Origin: Candidatus Competibacteraceae bacterium
Lineage (GTDB): Bacteria; Pseudomonadota; Gammaproteobacteria; Competibacterales; Competibacteraceae
Direction: 5' to 3'
Length of the DNA: 64,000 bases
Assembly: GCA_016713505.1 (NCBI GenBank)
Contig: JADJPA010000001.1
Location: 1,037,105 to 1,101,104, forward strand
Under the pieces are notes generated by a model that had not been told where the DNA came from, searched no databases, and saw nothing but the letters and a program-made list of their open reading frames with translations. A program made the position numbers and the translations under genes. Below, in pieces: positions 12,137-21,536 of the stretch; within the stretch, counting starts at the first letter, position 1; each line of letters opens with the position of its first letter.

Positions 12137-13286
12137 CGGGCGTCACCTCGTTTCGATAAGGCGAATGTTCCCATAATCCTCGGGCATAATCGCGCACGGC
12201 GGGAGTCTCCCGCTGCAGAAAGTCAGCGATGGCGCGGCGAAAATCCGGCTGGGCGATCCAGTGCGCCGAGTGCGTCAGCGTCGGTAAAAAGCCGCGATGG
12301 ATTTTGTGTTCGCCCTGAGCGCCCGGCTCGAAACGCTGCAAGCCCTGTCGGATGCAATATTCAAGACCTTGATAGTAGCAGGCTTCGAAATGCAGGCTAT
12401 CGAAATCGGCCCGACACCCCCAATGGCGGCCATACAGCGTGGTGTCGTCGCGAAAGCTGATGGCCCCGGCGACTTCCCGGTCCCGGTGGTAAGCCAACAC
12501 CAGGACCAAGCGCCCTCCCAGAGTCGCGGCGATCTCTAAAAAAAACGGCAACGTGAGCGTGGGAATCCCGCCTAGCCGCTGGAAGGTCGCGCGATAAAAG
12601 CCATAAACGGTCTGCCATTGCCCCTCGCTGACTTCTCCACCGTGCAGCAGTCGGAGTTCCAGCCCGGCTTCGTACACCAGCCGACGTTCTCGCTTGATAT
12701 TCTTGCGCCGCTTGGCGGTCAGGGTGTCCAAAAAATCCTGAAAATCGCGGTAGCCTGGATTTTGCCAGTGGAACTGACAGCCCAGCCGATGCAGAAAGCC
12801 GCGCTCCAGCAGCGGCTCCAACTCGGCGGGTGTCGGAAACAGCCAATGGATCGAGGATAGCGGGGGAGAGCGTTGCCCTTCTTCACGCACGAAATCGATC
12901 ATCGCCCGGCGCGTTTCGTCGGGTTGGGGTTGGTCCGGGGCCAGCAGCAATTTCTGGCTGGTGACCGGGGTATACGGAATGGCGCCCACCAGCTTGGGGT
13001 AATAGGCCAGCCCACGCTGCCGGTAGGCTTCCGCCCAGTTCCAGTCGAATACGAACTCGCCGTAGGAATTGAATTTAAGATAGAGCGGCGCGCCGCCGAG
13101 CAGCCGGCCGCGTCCGTCCCGGCAGACGACGTGCCGAGGCAGCCAGCCCGTGTTCCCGCCGACGCAGTGATGTCGCTCCAGAGCGCTCAGAAATTCGTGG
13201 CTGAGAAACGGATTGCGAGCGGGGACGAGCGCGTTCCACTCGGCTGCGGAAATGTCGTCGAGAGCATCGAGTCGCTGGATACGCAT
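12108..13286 (-). CDS. FemAB-like/BioF2-like GNAT-fold N-acyltransferase (DUF482 family)
   Basis: Trimmed to ATG 13286 (MRIQRLDALDDISAAEWNALVPARNPFLSHEFLSALE...), characteristic of the PF04339 family as I recall it. The 3' end overlaps the aat start by 29 nt. Confidence 0.7.
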   Translation of the reverse strand: MRIQRLDALDDISAAEWNALVPARNPFLSHEFLSALERHHCVGGNTGWLPRHVVCRDGRGRLLGGAPLYLKFNSYGEFVFDWNWAEAYRQRGLAYYPKLVGAIPYTPVTSQKLLLAPDQPQPDETRRAMIDFVREEGQRSPPLSSIHWLFPTPAELEPLLERGFLHRLGCQFHWQNPGYRDFQDFLDTLTAKRRKNIKRERRLVYEAGLELRLLHGGEVSEGQWQTVYGFYRATFQRLGGIPTLTLPFFLEIAATLGGRLVLVLAYHRDREVAGAISFRDDTTLYGRHWGCRADFDSLHFEACYYQGLEYCIRQGLQRFEPGAQGEHKIHRGFLPTLTHSAHWIAQPDFRRAIADFLQRETPAVRDYARGLWEHSPYRNEVTPDAPAMVGPA

Positions 13287-13666
13287 GATGGTCGAATGGA
13301 TTGCTGAGAGCCGGGATGAGAAATCGCCAAACGCGTTTGAAAAGCACCTAGAATCATTGACGCAAGCTTTTGGTCGCCTCTTGGAGTCCGAGTAGTGTAT
13401 CCCGAGGATAGCTCGCAAAAACGGGCGCTTCCCGCCGGGCGCCGGCCTTCCGGCCCATCGAAACCGGTCCGGCGTGGCAGGCTTGGTTGTGATTGGAACC
13501 TGAATCGGCGCGACGGTTCAGCCCTTGCCGGGTACGCCCTTCACCCGAACGCCCCGGAATGGGACAATAACCCATCTTGGTTGATTTCGGTTGATCTTGG
13601 TCTGCCGGCAGTCGGCTCGCCGGCGGGTCGCTCCTCCCACGAACAATGATCGAATAGGACTGAATT

Positions 13667-16312
13667 TTGGCGCAGGCACATCGCATCAGGACCGAACCGC
13701 CCGTGCTGCGGGCGAGCATCTTCCGTTTCGTCAAAGGCGTTCTCCAGGAGAGCAGTTTCTGGCTGGTGGCCGTCATCGCGCTGGGCATGATCGCGGCGCT
13801 CGCCACCTTCCATGTGGCGGATCCGGCCTGGACCCATACCGCGAATGTCAGCAAGATTCATAATGTGGTTGGAACGGTGGGCGCTTGGTTCGCCGATGTC
13901 AGCCTGTATTTTTTCGGCTATCCCGCGTATTGGCTGCCGCTGGGCCTGCTGTTTGCCGGCTGGCGCTTGCTCAAGCGCGGCGCGCTGCTCGAACTGGATG
14001 CCGAGATCGTCTTGTTTCGGGTCATGGGATTCGCGGTGGCCCTGGTGACCGCTTGCGGTTTGGCGGCCTTGCACCTGAAACCCGTTTTAGGGACCGTGCC
14101 GGGCGCGGGCTCCGCGGGCGGCTTGGTCGGCGTGCACGTCAGTCGATTTTTGGTCCAGGCGTTCGGCTTCGCCTGGGGCAATGTACTGATAATCGCGCTG
14201 TTGCTGGCCGGGGTGACTTTGAGCACCGGCTTTTCCTGGCTCAAGCTGGTGGATTGGATCGGCGGGACCGTGCTCAAATCGGTGGATACGGTCAGCGGCC
14301 CGGCCAAGCCACCACGGCGCCGCAAAGCCGCGTCGGCGCCACCGCCTGAAGACGATGAGTTCGCGGAGTCCGCGAAAGTCAAGCCGGCGGCGGATGTCCA
14401 GTCGGTTAAATCGGCTAAAGAACCTCCGGCTGCTGGTTCGGATGCGGGTGCGCCGGGTAAAAGCGGGCGTGCCGCTCGCATCGAACCGGTGTTGAACGCG
14501 CGCCGGCAAGGGGGGGCGAGCCAGCGGCCAGACGCGCCGGCGAATGCGTCCGAAGCGCCCAAAGCGACGCTCCAACAGCAGGATTTGACCTTGATTCCGA
14601 CGGCGGTGTCCTCATCCGCCGCGGTAGCTCGCCTCAAAGGCAAAGCTGCCGTGGCGGAAGCTGCTGCGATCCAGGTGCCCTGGGCGACCGCTACGGATTT
14701 TGAGACCAAAGCGTCCAACGATGTGCTAAGTCCGGTTCCGCGCGCCAAAGAGCGACCGGCCGCGACGCCGGTCGCCGCCGGCGCGGCGCGGCGCGCGGAG
14801 CAGCCGCAACCGCTGGAGTCCGCTGGCCTGCCTTCGCTGGCGTTGCTCGACCAGCCCTCGCCGCACACCGCCGGCTATTCCATGGAAACGCTGGACGAGA
14901 TGTCCCGTCAGGTGGAGCTGCTGCTTAAAAGCTTTGGGGTGGAGGCCCGCGTGGTGGCGGTGGAGCCGGGGCCGGTGATCACCCGCTTCGAGGTCGATCC
15001 CGCGCCGGGCGTCAAGGTCAGCCAAATCAGCAATCTGGCCAAGGATCTGGCGCGCGGCCTGTCGGTGATCGGCGTGCGGGTGGTGGAAGTGATTCCCGGC
15101 AAGTCGGTGATCGGCTTGGAAATCCCCAACCAGCACCGCGAAATCGTTTATCTGCGCGAAGTGCTGGAAGCACCGGTCTACACGCAGTCCGGCACGCCGC
15201 TGACGCTGGCCTTGGGCATGGATATCGGCGGCAATCCAGTGGTGGCGAACCTGGGGAAAATGCCGCACCTGCTGGTGGCCGGCACCACCGGTTCCGGCAA
15301 ATCGGTGGCGATCAACGCCATGTTGCTCAGCCTGCTGTACAAGGCGCCACCCGCCGAGGTCCGGCTGATCCTGGTCGACCCGAAGATGCTGGAACTGTCG
15401 ATGTATGAAGACATCCCGCACCTGCTGACGCCAGTGGTGACCGACATGAAGGAAGCGGCTAATGCGCTGCGCTGGTGCGTGGCCGAAATGGAGCGCCGCT
15501 ACCGGCTGATGGCGGCGCTGAAGGTGCGCAACATCGCCGGCTTCAACCGCAAGGTGCTGGATGCGCTGGAGGAGGGCGAGGGTCTGACCGACCCGCTCTG
15601 GAAGCCGGATGGCCCTCTGGCGCCGCCTGAAAGCCCGCTGTTGCAGCCGCTGCCGTTCATCGTGGTGGTCATCGACGAACTGGCCGACATGATGATGATC
15701 GTCGGCAAGAAGGTGGAGGAGTTGATCGCCCGCTTGGCGCAGAAGGCCCGCGCGTCCGGCATCCATCTGATTCTGGCGACCCAACGGCCCTCGGTGGACG
15801 TGATCACCGGCCTGATCAAGGCCAATATTCCGACGCGGATCGCCTTTCAGGTGTCTTCGAAGGTCGATTCCCGCACCATCCTCGATCAGATGGGCGCGGA
15901 GCAACTGTTGGGCCACGGCGACATGCTGTATCTGCCGCCTGGAACTGGACTGCCGCAGCGGGTGCACGGCGCTTTCGTGGACGATCAGGAAGTCAATCGG
16001 GTGGTCGATTTTCTCCGGCAAACCGGCGCGCCGGATTATATCGATGAGGTGCTGGTCGAGTCGCGCGAGGAAAACGAGTTCGGAGAGGAAAGCGAAAACG
16101 GCGGGCGCGGCGGGGAAAGCGACCCCTTGTACGATGAAGCGGTCAAGATCGTCACCGAGTCGCGGCGGGCTTCCGTATCCGGGGTGCAGCGCCGGTTGCG
16201 GATCGGCTACAACCGGGCGGCGCGTCTGGTCGAGGAAATGGAGGCGGCCGGCGTGGTCGGCCCCTTGCAATCCAACGGTAGCCGCGAGGTCCTGGCACCC
16301 GCGCCGCCGTGA
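13667..16312 (+). CDS. ftsK: DNA translocase FtsK
   Basis: 881 aa. N-terminal TM domain and Pro/Ala-rich linker. Motor domain with Walker A GTTGSGKS and Walker [13 protein letters not shown]-terminal gamma winged-helix domain ([24 protein letters not shown]). TTG start as listed in the ORF track. Confidence 0.9.
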   Translation: MAQAHRIRTEPPVLRASIFRFVKGVLQESSFWLVAVIALGMIAALATFHVADPAWTHTANVSKIHNVVGTVGAWFADVSLYFFGYPAYWLPLGLLFAGWRLLKRGALLELDAEIVLFRVMGFAVALVTACGLAALHLKPVLGTVPGAGSAGGLVGVHVSRFLVQAFGFAWGNVLIIALLLAGVTLSTGFSWLKLVDWIGGTVLKSVDTVSGPAKPPRRRKAASAPPPEDDEFAESAKVKPAADVQSVKSAKEPPAAGSDAGAPGKSGRAARIEPVLNARRQGGASQRPDAPANASEAPKATLQQQDLTLIPTAVSSSAAVARLKGKAAVAEAAAIQVPWATATDFETKASNDVLSPVPRAKERPAATPVAAGAARRAEQPQPLESAGLPSLALLDQPSPHTAGYSMETLDEMSRQVELLLKSFGVEARVVAVEPGPVITRFEVDPAPGVKVSQISNLAKDLARGLSVIGVRVVEVIPGKSVIGLEIPNQHREIVYLREVLEAPVYTQSGTPLTLALGMDIGGNPVVANLGKMPHLLVAGTTGSGKSVAINAMLLSLLYKAPPAEVRLILVDPKMLELSMYEDIPHLLTPVVTDMKEAANALRWCVAEMERRYRLMAALKVRNIAGFNRKVLDALEEGEGLTDPLWKPDGPLAPPESPLLQPLPFIVVVIDELADMMMIVGKKVEELIARLAQKARASGIHLILATQRPSVDVITGLIKANIPTRIAFQVSSKVDSRTILDQMGAEQLLGHGDMLYLPPGTGLPQRVHGAFVDDQEVNRVVDFLRQTGAPDYIDEVLVESREENEFGEESENGGRGGESDPLYDEAVKIVTESRRASVSGVQRRLRIGYNRAARLVEEMEAAGVVGPLQSNGSREVLAPAPP

Positions 16313-16325
16313 GCGCGCTGTGGCG

Positions 16326-16359
16326 CGAGGGTCCCGCCGGCCTTGCGGCAGGACCCTCG
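16326..16359. terminator. GC-rich hairpin between convergent ftsK and the symporter gene (possible bidirectional terminator)
   Basis: CGAGGGTCC...GGACCCTCG 9-bp stem, extended by 4 more pairs after one mismatch, with a 6-nt loop. No clear U-tract on either side. Confidence 0.4.
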
Positions 16360-16371
16360 GAAAAGCGCCGC

Positions 16372-17766
16372 TTACGGGGTGGCCGGATTGTCCGCGAGCG
16401 TCGGGATCTCCTCGGTGGAGTGCTCGTCGAGCTGGTCTTCCCAGAGGTATTTGTTGGTTTCGGCGACGATGACGCCGCTCAGCCCGATCAGAGCGATCAG
16501 GTTGGGGATGGCCATCATGGCGTTTAAGGCGTCCGCGATGTCCCACACCAGACCCAGCGAGGCCACCGAACCCACGAAGGTGCTGATCACCCACAAAATT
16601 CTATAGGGTAAGATCACGCGCTTGCCGAGCAGATATTCCGCCCCGCGCTCGCCGTAATAAGACCACCCCAAAATGGTCGAGAACACGAAGGTCAACAGGC
16701 CGACCGTGAGCACGAGGGGGCCGATCACCGGAATATGAGCGAAGGCCGCCTTGGTCAGCGCCGCCCCTTTCAGGCCGTTCATGCCGACGGGATCGCTGAC
16801 GATCACGGTGACCAGGACGATGCCGGTCATCGCGCAGACCACCACCGTATCCCAGAACGTGCCGGTCGCGGATACCAGCGCCTGACGCACCGGATTCCGG
16901 GTCTGGGCCGCCGCCGCGACGATGGGGGCGGAACCCAGGCCGGACTCGTTGGAGAACAGGCCGCGCGCGACGCCGTAGCGCATCGCCATCATCACGGTCG
17001 CGCCGGCGAAACCGCCGCCCGCCGCGAGCGGGGTGAAGGCGTGGGTCACGATCAGGTTGATGGCCGCGCCGACATATTGAGCGTTGATGACCAGAATGAT
17101 GGCGCAGCCGACCACATAGAACAGCGCCATGAACGGCACCAGCTTTTCGCACACCCGCGAGATGGATTGCACGCCGCCGAGGATGACCACCGCCGTCAAG
17201 GCCGCGATGACGAGGCCGGTGACATAGGTGGGGATGCTAAAGGTTTCCGCGACCAGGGAGGAAATCGAGTTGGCCTGGACCATGCTGCCGATGCCGAAGG
17301 CCGCCAAGGCGGTGAAGATGGCGAACAGCACGGCCAGCCACTTCTGCTTCAAACCTCTTTCAAGCGCGTACATGGGACCGCCCAGCATGGTGCCGTCGGA
17401 GGTTCGGACCCGGTATTTGACCGCCAGCAGCGCTTCCGAGTACTTGGTGGCGATGCCGAACACGCCGGTCAGCCACACCCACAGCACCGCCCCAGGGCCG
17501 CCGAGCGCCACCGCCGTGGCGACGCCGACGATGTTGCCGGTGCCGATGGTGGCCGCCAGCGCCGTGGTCAGCGCGCCGAACTGGCTGACGTCGCCGGCGC
17601 TTCCCGGCTCCTTGCTGACCGAGAGCTTGATGGCCGTGCCGATGTGGCGTTGGATGAACCGCAGCCGAACCGTCAGGAACAAATGCGTTCCGAACAATAA
17701 AATCAGCATCGGCGGCCCCCAGAGGTAGCCGTTTAGCCAAGTGACAAAATCATGAAGCGCTTGCAT
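16372..17766 (-). CDS. alanine/glycine:cation symporter (AGCS family)
   Basis: Trimmed to ATG 17766 (MQALHDFVTWLNGYLWGPPMLILL...) preceded by GGAGGAG. Polytopic membrane protein with AGCS-type blocks (GGPGAVLWVWLTGVFGIATKYSE). Confidence 0.85.
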   Translation of the reverse strand: MQALHDFVTWLNGYLWGPPMLILLFGTHLFLTVRLRFIQRHIGTAIKLSVSKEPGSAGDVSQFGALTTALAATIGTGNIVGVATAVALGGPGAVLWVWLTGVFGIATKYSEALLAVKYRVRTSDGTMLGGPMYALERGLKQKWLAVLFAIFTALAAFGIGSMVQANSISSLVAETFSIPTYVTGLVIAALTAVVILGGVQSISRVCEKLVPFMALFYVVGCAIILVINAQYVGAAINLIVTHAFTPLAAGGGFAGATVMMAMRYGVARGLFSNESGLGSAPIVAAAAQTRNPVRQALVSATGTFWDTVVVCAMTGIVLVTVIVSDPVGMNGLKGAALTKAAFAHIPVIGPLVLTVGLLTFVFSTILGWSYYGERGAEYLLGKRVILPYRILWVISTFVGSVASLGLVWDIADALNAMMAIPNLIALIGLSGVIVAETNKYLWEDQLDEHSTEEIPTLADNPATP

Positions 17767-17989
17767 AAGGTTCTTCTCCTCCGATTGCCAAGGGGTTTTG
17801 TCGCCCAATCGCCAATCCGCCTGTCCGGGTTATTGGATTATTTGTGTGACAGGCGAGGAAGCTCAGCGTGTGCCGGATGCTTCCACCTATATCCATAGTT
17901 CAGGCTATGGCGCATTACAACCGCCAGCGCGAACTTGGCCGCGATTTTTTCAAGAAGAACTGGAGAATTGACGGAGAACGGAGAAAGCG

Positions 17990-18028
17990 GCACCGAGGGC
18001 GCGCGGAGCGTTCGGACGCCCTCGGTGC
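17990..18028 (-). terminator. hairpin downstream of pfp (candidate intrinsic terminator)
   Basis: 12-bp perfect stem GCACCGAGGGCG/CGCCCTCGGTGC with a 15-nt loop, 16 nt after the pfp stop. On the minus strand it is followed by CGCTTTCTCCGTTCTCC, which is only moderately U-rich. Confidence 0.45.
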
Positions 18029-18043
18029 GGTGGCGGGTTGCGG

Positions 18044-19282
18044 CTAATGGCTGACCGTGACTTTCTTCCCCTTCGGTTGGCCGATGGCTTTTAACAGCTC
18101 GGTAAACCACGGGATGTCGATATCGAAGGGCTTGCCGCCCTTGATCCGCGGAAATTCGATGGCGCGCAGTACCCCGTTGCGGTCCTCGTCGTGACCGATG
18201 ACGCCGGCCTCGCCCCGCAAGGCGCACTCGACGGCCAGATCGGCGCAGGATTTGATGAGGCGCAGGTCGTCGGTGTTGGCGGCCGAGGCCCGCGAAAAAT
18301 AGCCGGATTTTTGGATCAGGGTTTTTTCAGAGCCGATCATCTGCGCGAACTGTTCGCCGAACCATTTGCCGGGGTTTACGGCGTCGAGCTTGATATGGCC
18401 GAAGGCGTCGCGCGGGACTTCCTGACCCTTGGCCTGCAATTCGGCCACGATCGCTTCCACGCCCGCGCCTTCGGAGACGAAGATGTTGAGGCAATCGTCC
18501 TTGTCCATCGCGGCGCGCAGGCGCTTGGTCTCGGCGGCGATGTCGATTTCCATTTCGGGGACGAACACGGCGTGGATGTCAAAGGCGGCGCGGTCGAGTC
18601 CGAGGGCGGGCAGCCATTCGCTGCGGTCGAGCAGCTTGCGATATTCCAGCGCGGTGGCGGCGGTGAGCCAACCGCAGTTGCGGCCCATGACCTCGTGGAT
18701 GATCAACATGCGCGGGTTGGCGTTGTTTTCGGCGACGATGTTTTTAAAGTAACGAGCGCCTTGCTCGGCGGCGGTCCAGGCGCCCAGCGACTGCTTGATC
18801 GGGTACACATCGTTGTCGACGGTCTTGGGCAGGCCGATGACCGTGAGGCCGTAGTTGTTCTTGGCCAGGAAGGCGGCGAGGTCGGCGGCGGCGGTGTTGG
18901 TGTCGTCGCCGCCGATGGTGTGGAGCACGTCCACGCCGTCCTTGACGAGCTGGTCGGCGGCGATTTTCTGGGGGTCTTGACCTTCCTTGACCAAACCGCG
19001 CTTGATGCAATCCTTGACGTTGGTGAGCTTGACCCGGCTGTTGCCGATCGGCGAACCGCCGAAGGAGTGCAGCAGGCCGGCTTTTTCGCGGATTTCCGGG
19101 GTGACTTTGTAAGAGTCGCCGAGCAGTAGCCCCTTGTAGCCGCTGCGGTAACAGATGATTTCAATGCTGGGGTCGATCTCGGTGTAGCGCTCGATCAGGC
19201 CGCCGATGGCCGAACTGAGGCAGGGGGCCAAACCGCCCGCGGTAAGAATTGCGACTTTTTTGGGCTTGCTCATGGTTGTCAT
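18044..19282 (-). CDS. pfp: pyrophosphate-dependent 6-phosphofructokinase
   Basis: 412-aa PFK-family ORF. GGDDT (Asp rather than Gly in the GGDG position) and PKTVDND (Lys) are the established signatures of PPi rather than ATP dependence. Confidence 0.85.
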   Translation of the reverse strand: MTTMSKPKKVAILTAGGLAPCLSSAIGGLIERYTEIDPSIEIICYRSGYKGLLLGDSYKVTPEIREKAGLLHSFGGSPIGNSRVKLTNVKDCIKRGLVKEGQDPQKIAADQLVKDGVDVLHTIGGDDTNTAAADLAAFLAKNNYGLTVIGLPKTVDNDVYPIKQSLGAWTAAEQGARYFKNIVAENNANPRMLIIHEVMGRNCGWLTAATALEYRKLLDRSEWLPALGLDRAAFDIHAVFVPEMEIDIAAETKRLRAAMDKDDCLNIFVSEGAGVEAIVAELQAKGQEVPRDAFGHIKLDAVNPGKWFGEQFAQMIGSEKTLIQKSGYFSRASAANTDDLRLIKSCADLAVECALRGEAGVIGHDEDRNGVLRAIEFPRIKGGKPFDIDIPWFTELLKAIGQPKGKKVTVSH

Positions 19283-19576
19283 CGCCTTGCTGGAGTGAAA
19301 ATAAAAAGTAGCTCGAAACCAGCTAAAAGCGTAGGAGGGATTTTACGAAGGAGCAACGCGCGGGGGCGTGGAGATTGTAGGGGCGTCTTGAGAACCTTCG
19401 AACGGTGGCCTTTCGCGTCCGCCATGCGCCGTTCATGGCGGATTCATCATCCTGGCTTTGAAATGGTCATCGGTCGGCTCGGATGGTTTGGACCGCTTGG
19501 CATAAACCAAGGAGAGCGGAAAATCTCCTTGCTAAGGTTGTATGCTGAAAACTGTCAATCGTGGGAGTGGATCGTG

Positions 19577-20191
19577 ATGCGTCAATGGTTGGTACTGATG
19601 GTGAGCCTGCTGGCGCTGGCGCCGGTTTGGGCATCGCCCTCGCAAGTGCAGCATTATTTTCAAGCGCTACAGTCGCTGCGAGCTGATTTTGTCCAGCGGG
19701 TGTACGACGAACGCGGGCAAGTCGTGCAGAACTCCAGCGGTGAAATGTGGATGCAAAAGCCCGGCAAGTTCCGCTGGAACTATCGCACTCCCGCCGAACA
19801 GATCATCGTCGCCGACGGGGAGCGGTTGTGGTCTTACGACATCGATCTGGCGCAAGTGACGGTCCGCAAATTGGACAAGGCGTTAAGCTCGACCCCGCTG
19901 GCGCTGCTGAGCGGCGCGGCGCCCATCGAGGACGCCTTCACCGTCGGCGCGGCGCGCGCCCAGGACGGGTTGACGTGGTATGACCTGACGCCGAAACAGC
20001 CACAGCCCGAATTCCGCTTGTTGCGGGTCGCCTTCAAGGGCGAACTGCTGGTCAGCCTGGAACTTGAGGACGGTTTCGGCCAGCGCACCCGACTGGATTT
20101 TCAAAAGTTGGAGCGCAATCCGGCGCTCGATCCGGCGCTGCTGAAATTTGCCCCGCCCTCCGGCGTGGATGTGGTCGGCGACGCGAGCTGA
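19577..20191 (+). CDS. lolA: outer-membrane lipoprotein carrier protein LolA
   Basis: Frame 19295..20191 trimmed to ATG 19577 ([19 protein letters not shown], signal peptide). LolA-like block [30 protein letters not shown]. Conserved ftsK/lolA/rarA neighbourhood. Confidence 0.85.
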   Translation: MRQWLVLMVSLLALAPVWASPSQVQHYFQALQSLRADFVQRVYDERGQVVQNSSGEMWMQKPGKFRWNYRTPAEQIIVADGERLWSYDIDLAQVTVRKLDKALSSTPLALLSGAAPIEDAFTVGAARAQDGLTWYDLTPKQPQPEFRLLRVAFKGELLVSLELEDGFGQRTRLDFQKLERNPALDPALLKFAPPSGVDVVGDAS

Positions 20192-20192
20192 G

Positions 20193-21518
20193 ATGGCCGA
20201 GCCCTCCGCCGCCGATGCGCGCCGGCCCTTGGCCGACCGGTTGCGACCGCGCCGGTTGGAGGAGTTCGTCGGTCAAGCGCATCTGCTGGCGGCGGGCAAG
20301 CCGTTGCGGGTCGCCATCGAGCGCGGCCAGCCGCATTCCATGGTGTTGTGGGGGCCGCCCGGCACCGGCAAGACCACGCTGGCGGAACTGCTGGCCGGCG
20401 CCTGTCAGGCCGAATTTATCCGGCTGTCGGCGGTCATGGCCGGGGTGCGCGAGGTGCGGGCGGCGGTCGAGCAGGCCCAACTATTCTGGCGCGACCGGCA
20501 GCGCCGCACCGTGTTGTTCGTGGACGAAGTGCATCGTTTCAACAAGGCCCAACAGGATGCCTTTCTACCCTACGTGGAAGACGGCACCCTGACCTTCATC
20601 GGGGCCACCACCGAAAATCCCGGCTTCGCCCTCAACAACGCGCTGCTGTCCAGAGTGCGGGTCTACGTACTGAACAGCCTGGACAGTAGCGCTATCCATC
20701 AGTTGTTGGACCGCGCGCTAACAGATCGCGACCGCGGGTTGGGCGGGCGGTGGCCGCTGCCGGATGCCGCGCGGGAGCGGTTGGCGCAGGCCGCCGATGG
20801 CGATGCCCGCCGCGCCTTGATCTGGCTGGAACTGGCGGCGGAGCTGGCCGAAGCGCACGACATCGCGCTGGACGCCGCCTTGACGGAAGTCATGAGCGAT
20901 GGGGTGGGGCGGCGCTTCGACCGGGGCGGCGATCTGTTCTACGACCAGATTTCCGCCCTGCACAAGGCGGTGCGCGGCAGTAGTCCGGATGCGGCGCTGT
21001 ACTGGCTGGCCCGACTGCTGGACGGCGGCTGCGATCCGCTCTACATCGCCCGTCGGGTGGCGCGGATGGCCAGCGAGGACATCGGCAACGCCGACCCGCG
21101 CGCCCTGCGGCTGGCCTTGAACGCCTGGGAGGCCCAAGAACGGATGGGCAGCCCCGAAGGCGAGCTGGCCATCGCCCAAGCCGTCGTCTACCTGGCGGTC
21201 GCGGCCAAGAGCAACGCGATCTACACGGCTTTCGCAGCCGCCCGGCGCGATGTCGGGCGCGGCGGCACGCTGGATGTGCCGTCGCACCTGCGCAACGCGC
21301 CGACCGCGCTGGCGCGAGAGCTGGGACACGGCGACGGGTATCGCTACGCGCACGACGAACCGAACGCCTATGCGGCGGGCGAATGCTATTTCCCGGAGGC
21401 TCTAAAAGAAGCGCGCTATTACCAGCCGACCGCCAATGGTTTGGAAGGGCGCATCGGTGAAAAACTAGAGCGGCTGCGGGAGCTGGACCGGTGCAGCGGC
21501 CGACGGCGCTATCGCTAG
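20193..21518 (+). CDS. rarA: replication-associated recombination protein A (MgsA/RarA AAA+ ATPase)
   Basis: Trimmed to ATG 20193 ([28 protein letters not shown]...). Walker [10 protein letters not shown], Walker [13 protein letters not shown] and the MgsA C-terminal domain. Confidence 0.9.
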   Translation: MAEPSAADARRPLADRLRPRRLEEFVGQAHLLAAGKPLRVAIERGQPHSMVLWGPPGTGKTTLAELLAGACQAEFIRLSAVMAGVREVRAAVEQAQLFWRDRQRRTVLFVDEVHRFNKAQQDAFLPYVEDGTLTFIGATTENPGFALNNALLSRVRVYVLNSLDSSAIHQLLDRALTDRDRGLGGRWPLPDAARERLAQAADGDARRALIWLELAAELAEAHDIALDAALTEVMSDGVGRRFDRGGDLFYDQISALHKAVRGSSPDAALYWLARLLDGGCDPLYIARRVARMASEDIGNADPRALRLALNAWEAQERMGSPEGELAIAQAVVYLAVAAKSNAIYTAFAAARRDVGRGGTLDVPSHLRNAPTALARELGHGDGYRYAHDEPNAYAAGECYFPEALKEARYYQPTANGLEGRIGEKLERLRELDRCSGRRRYR

Positions 21519-21536
21519 CCGGAGAAGATCGCGCCG

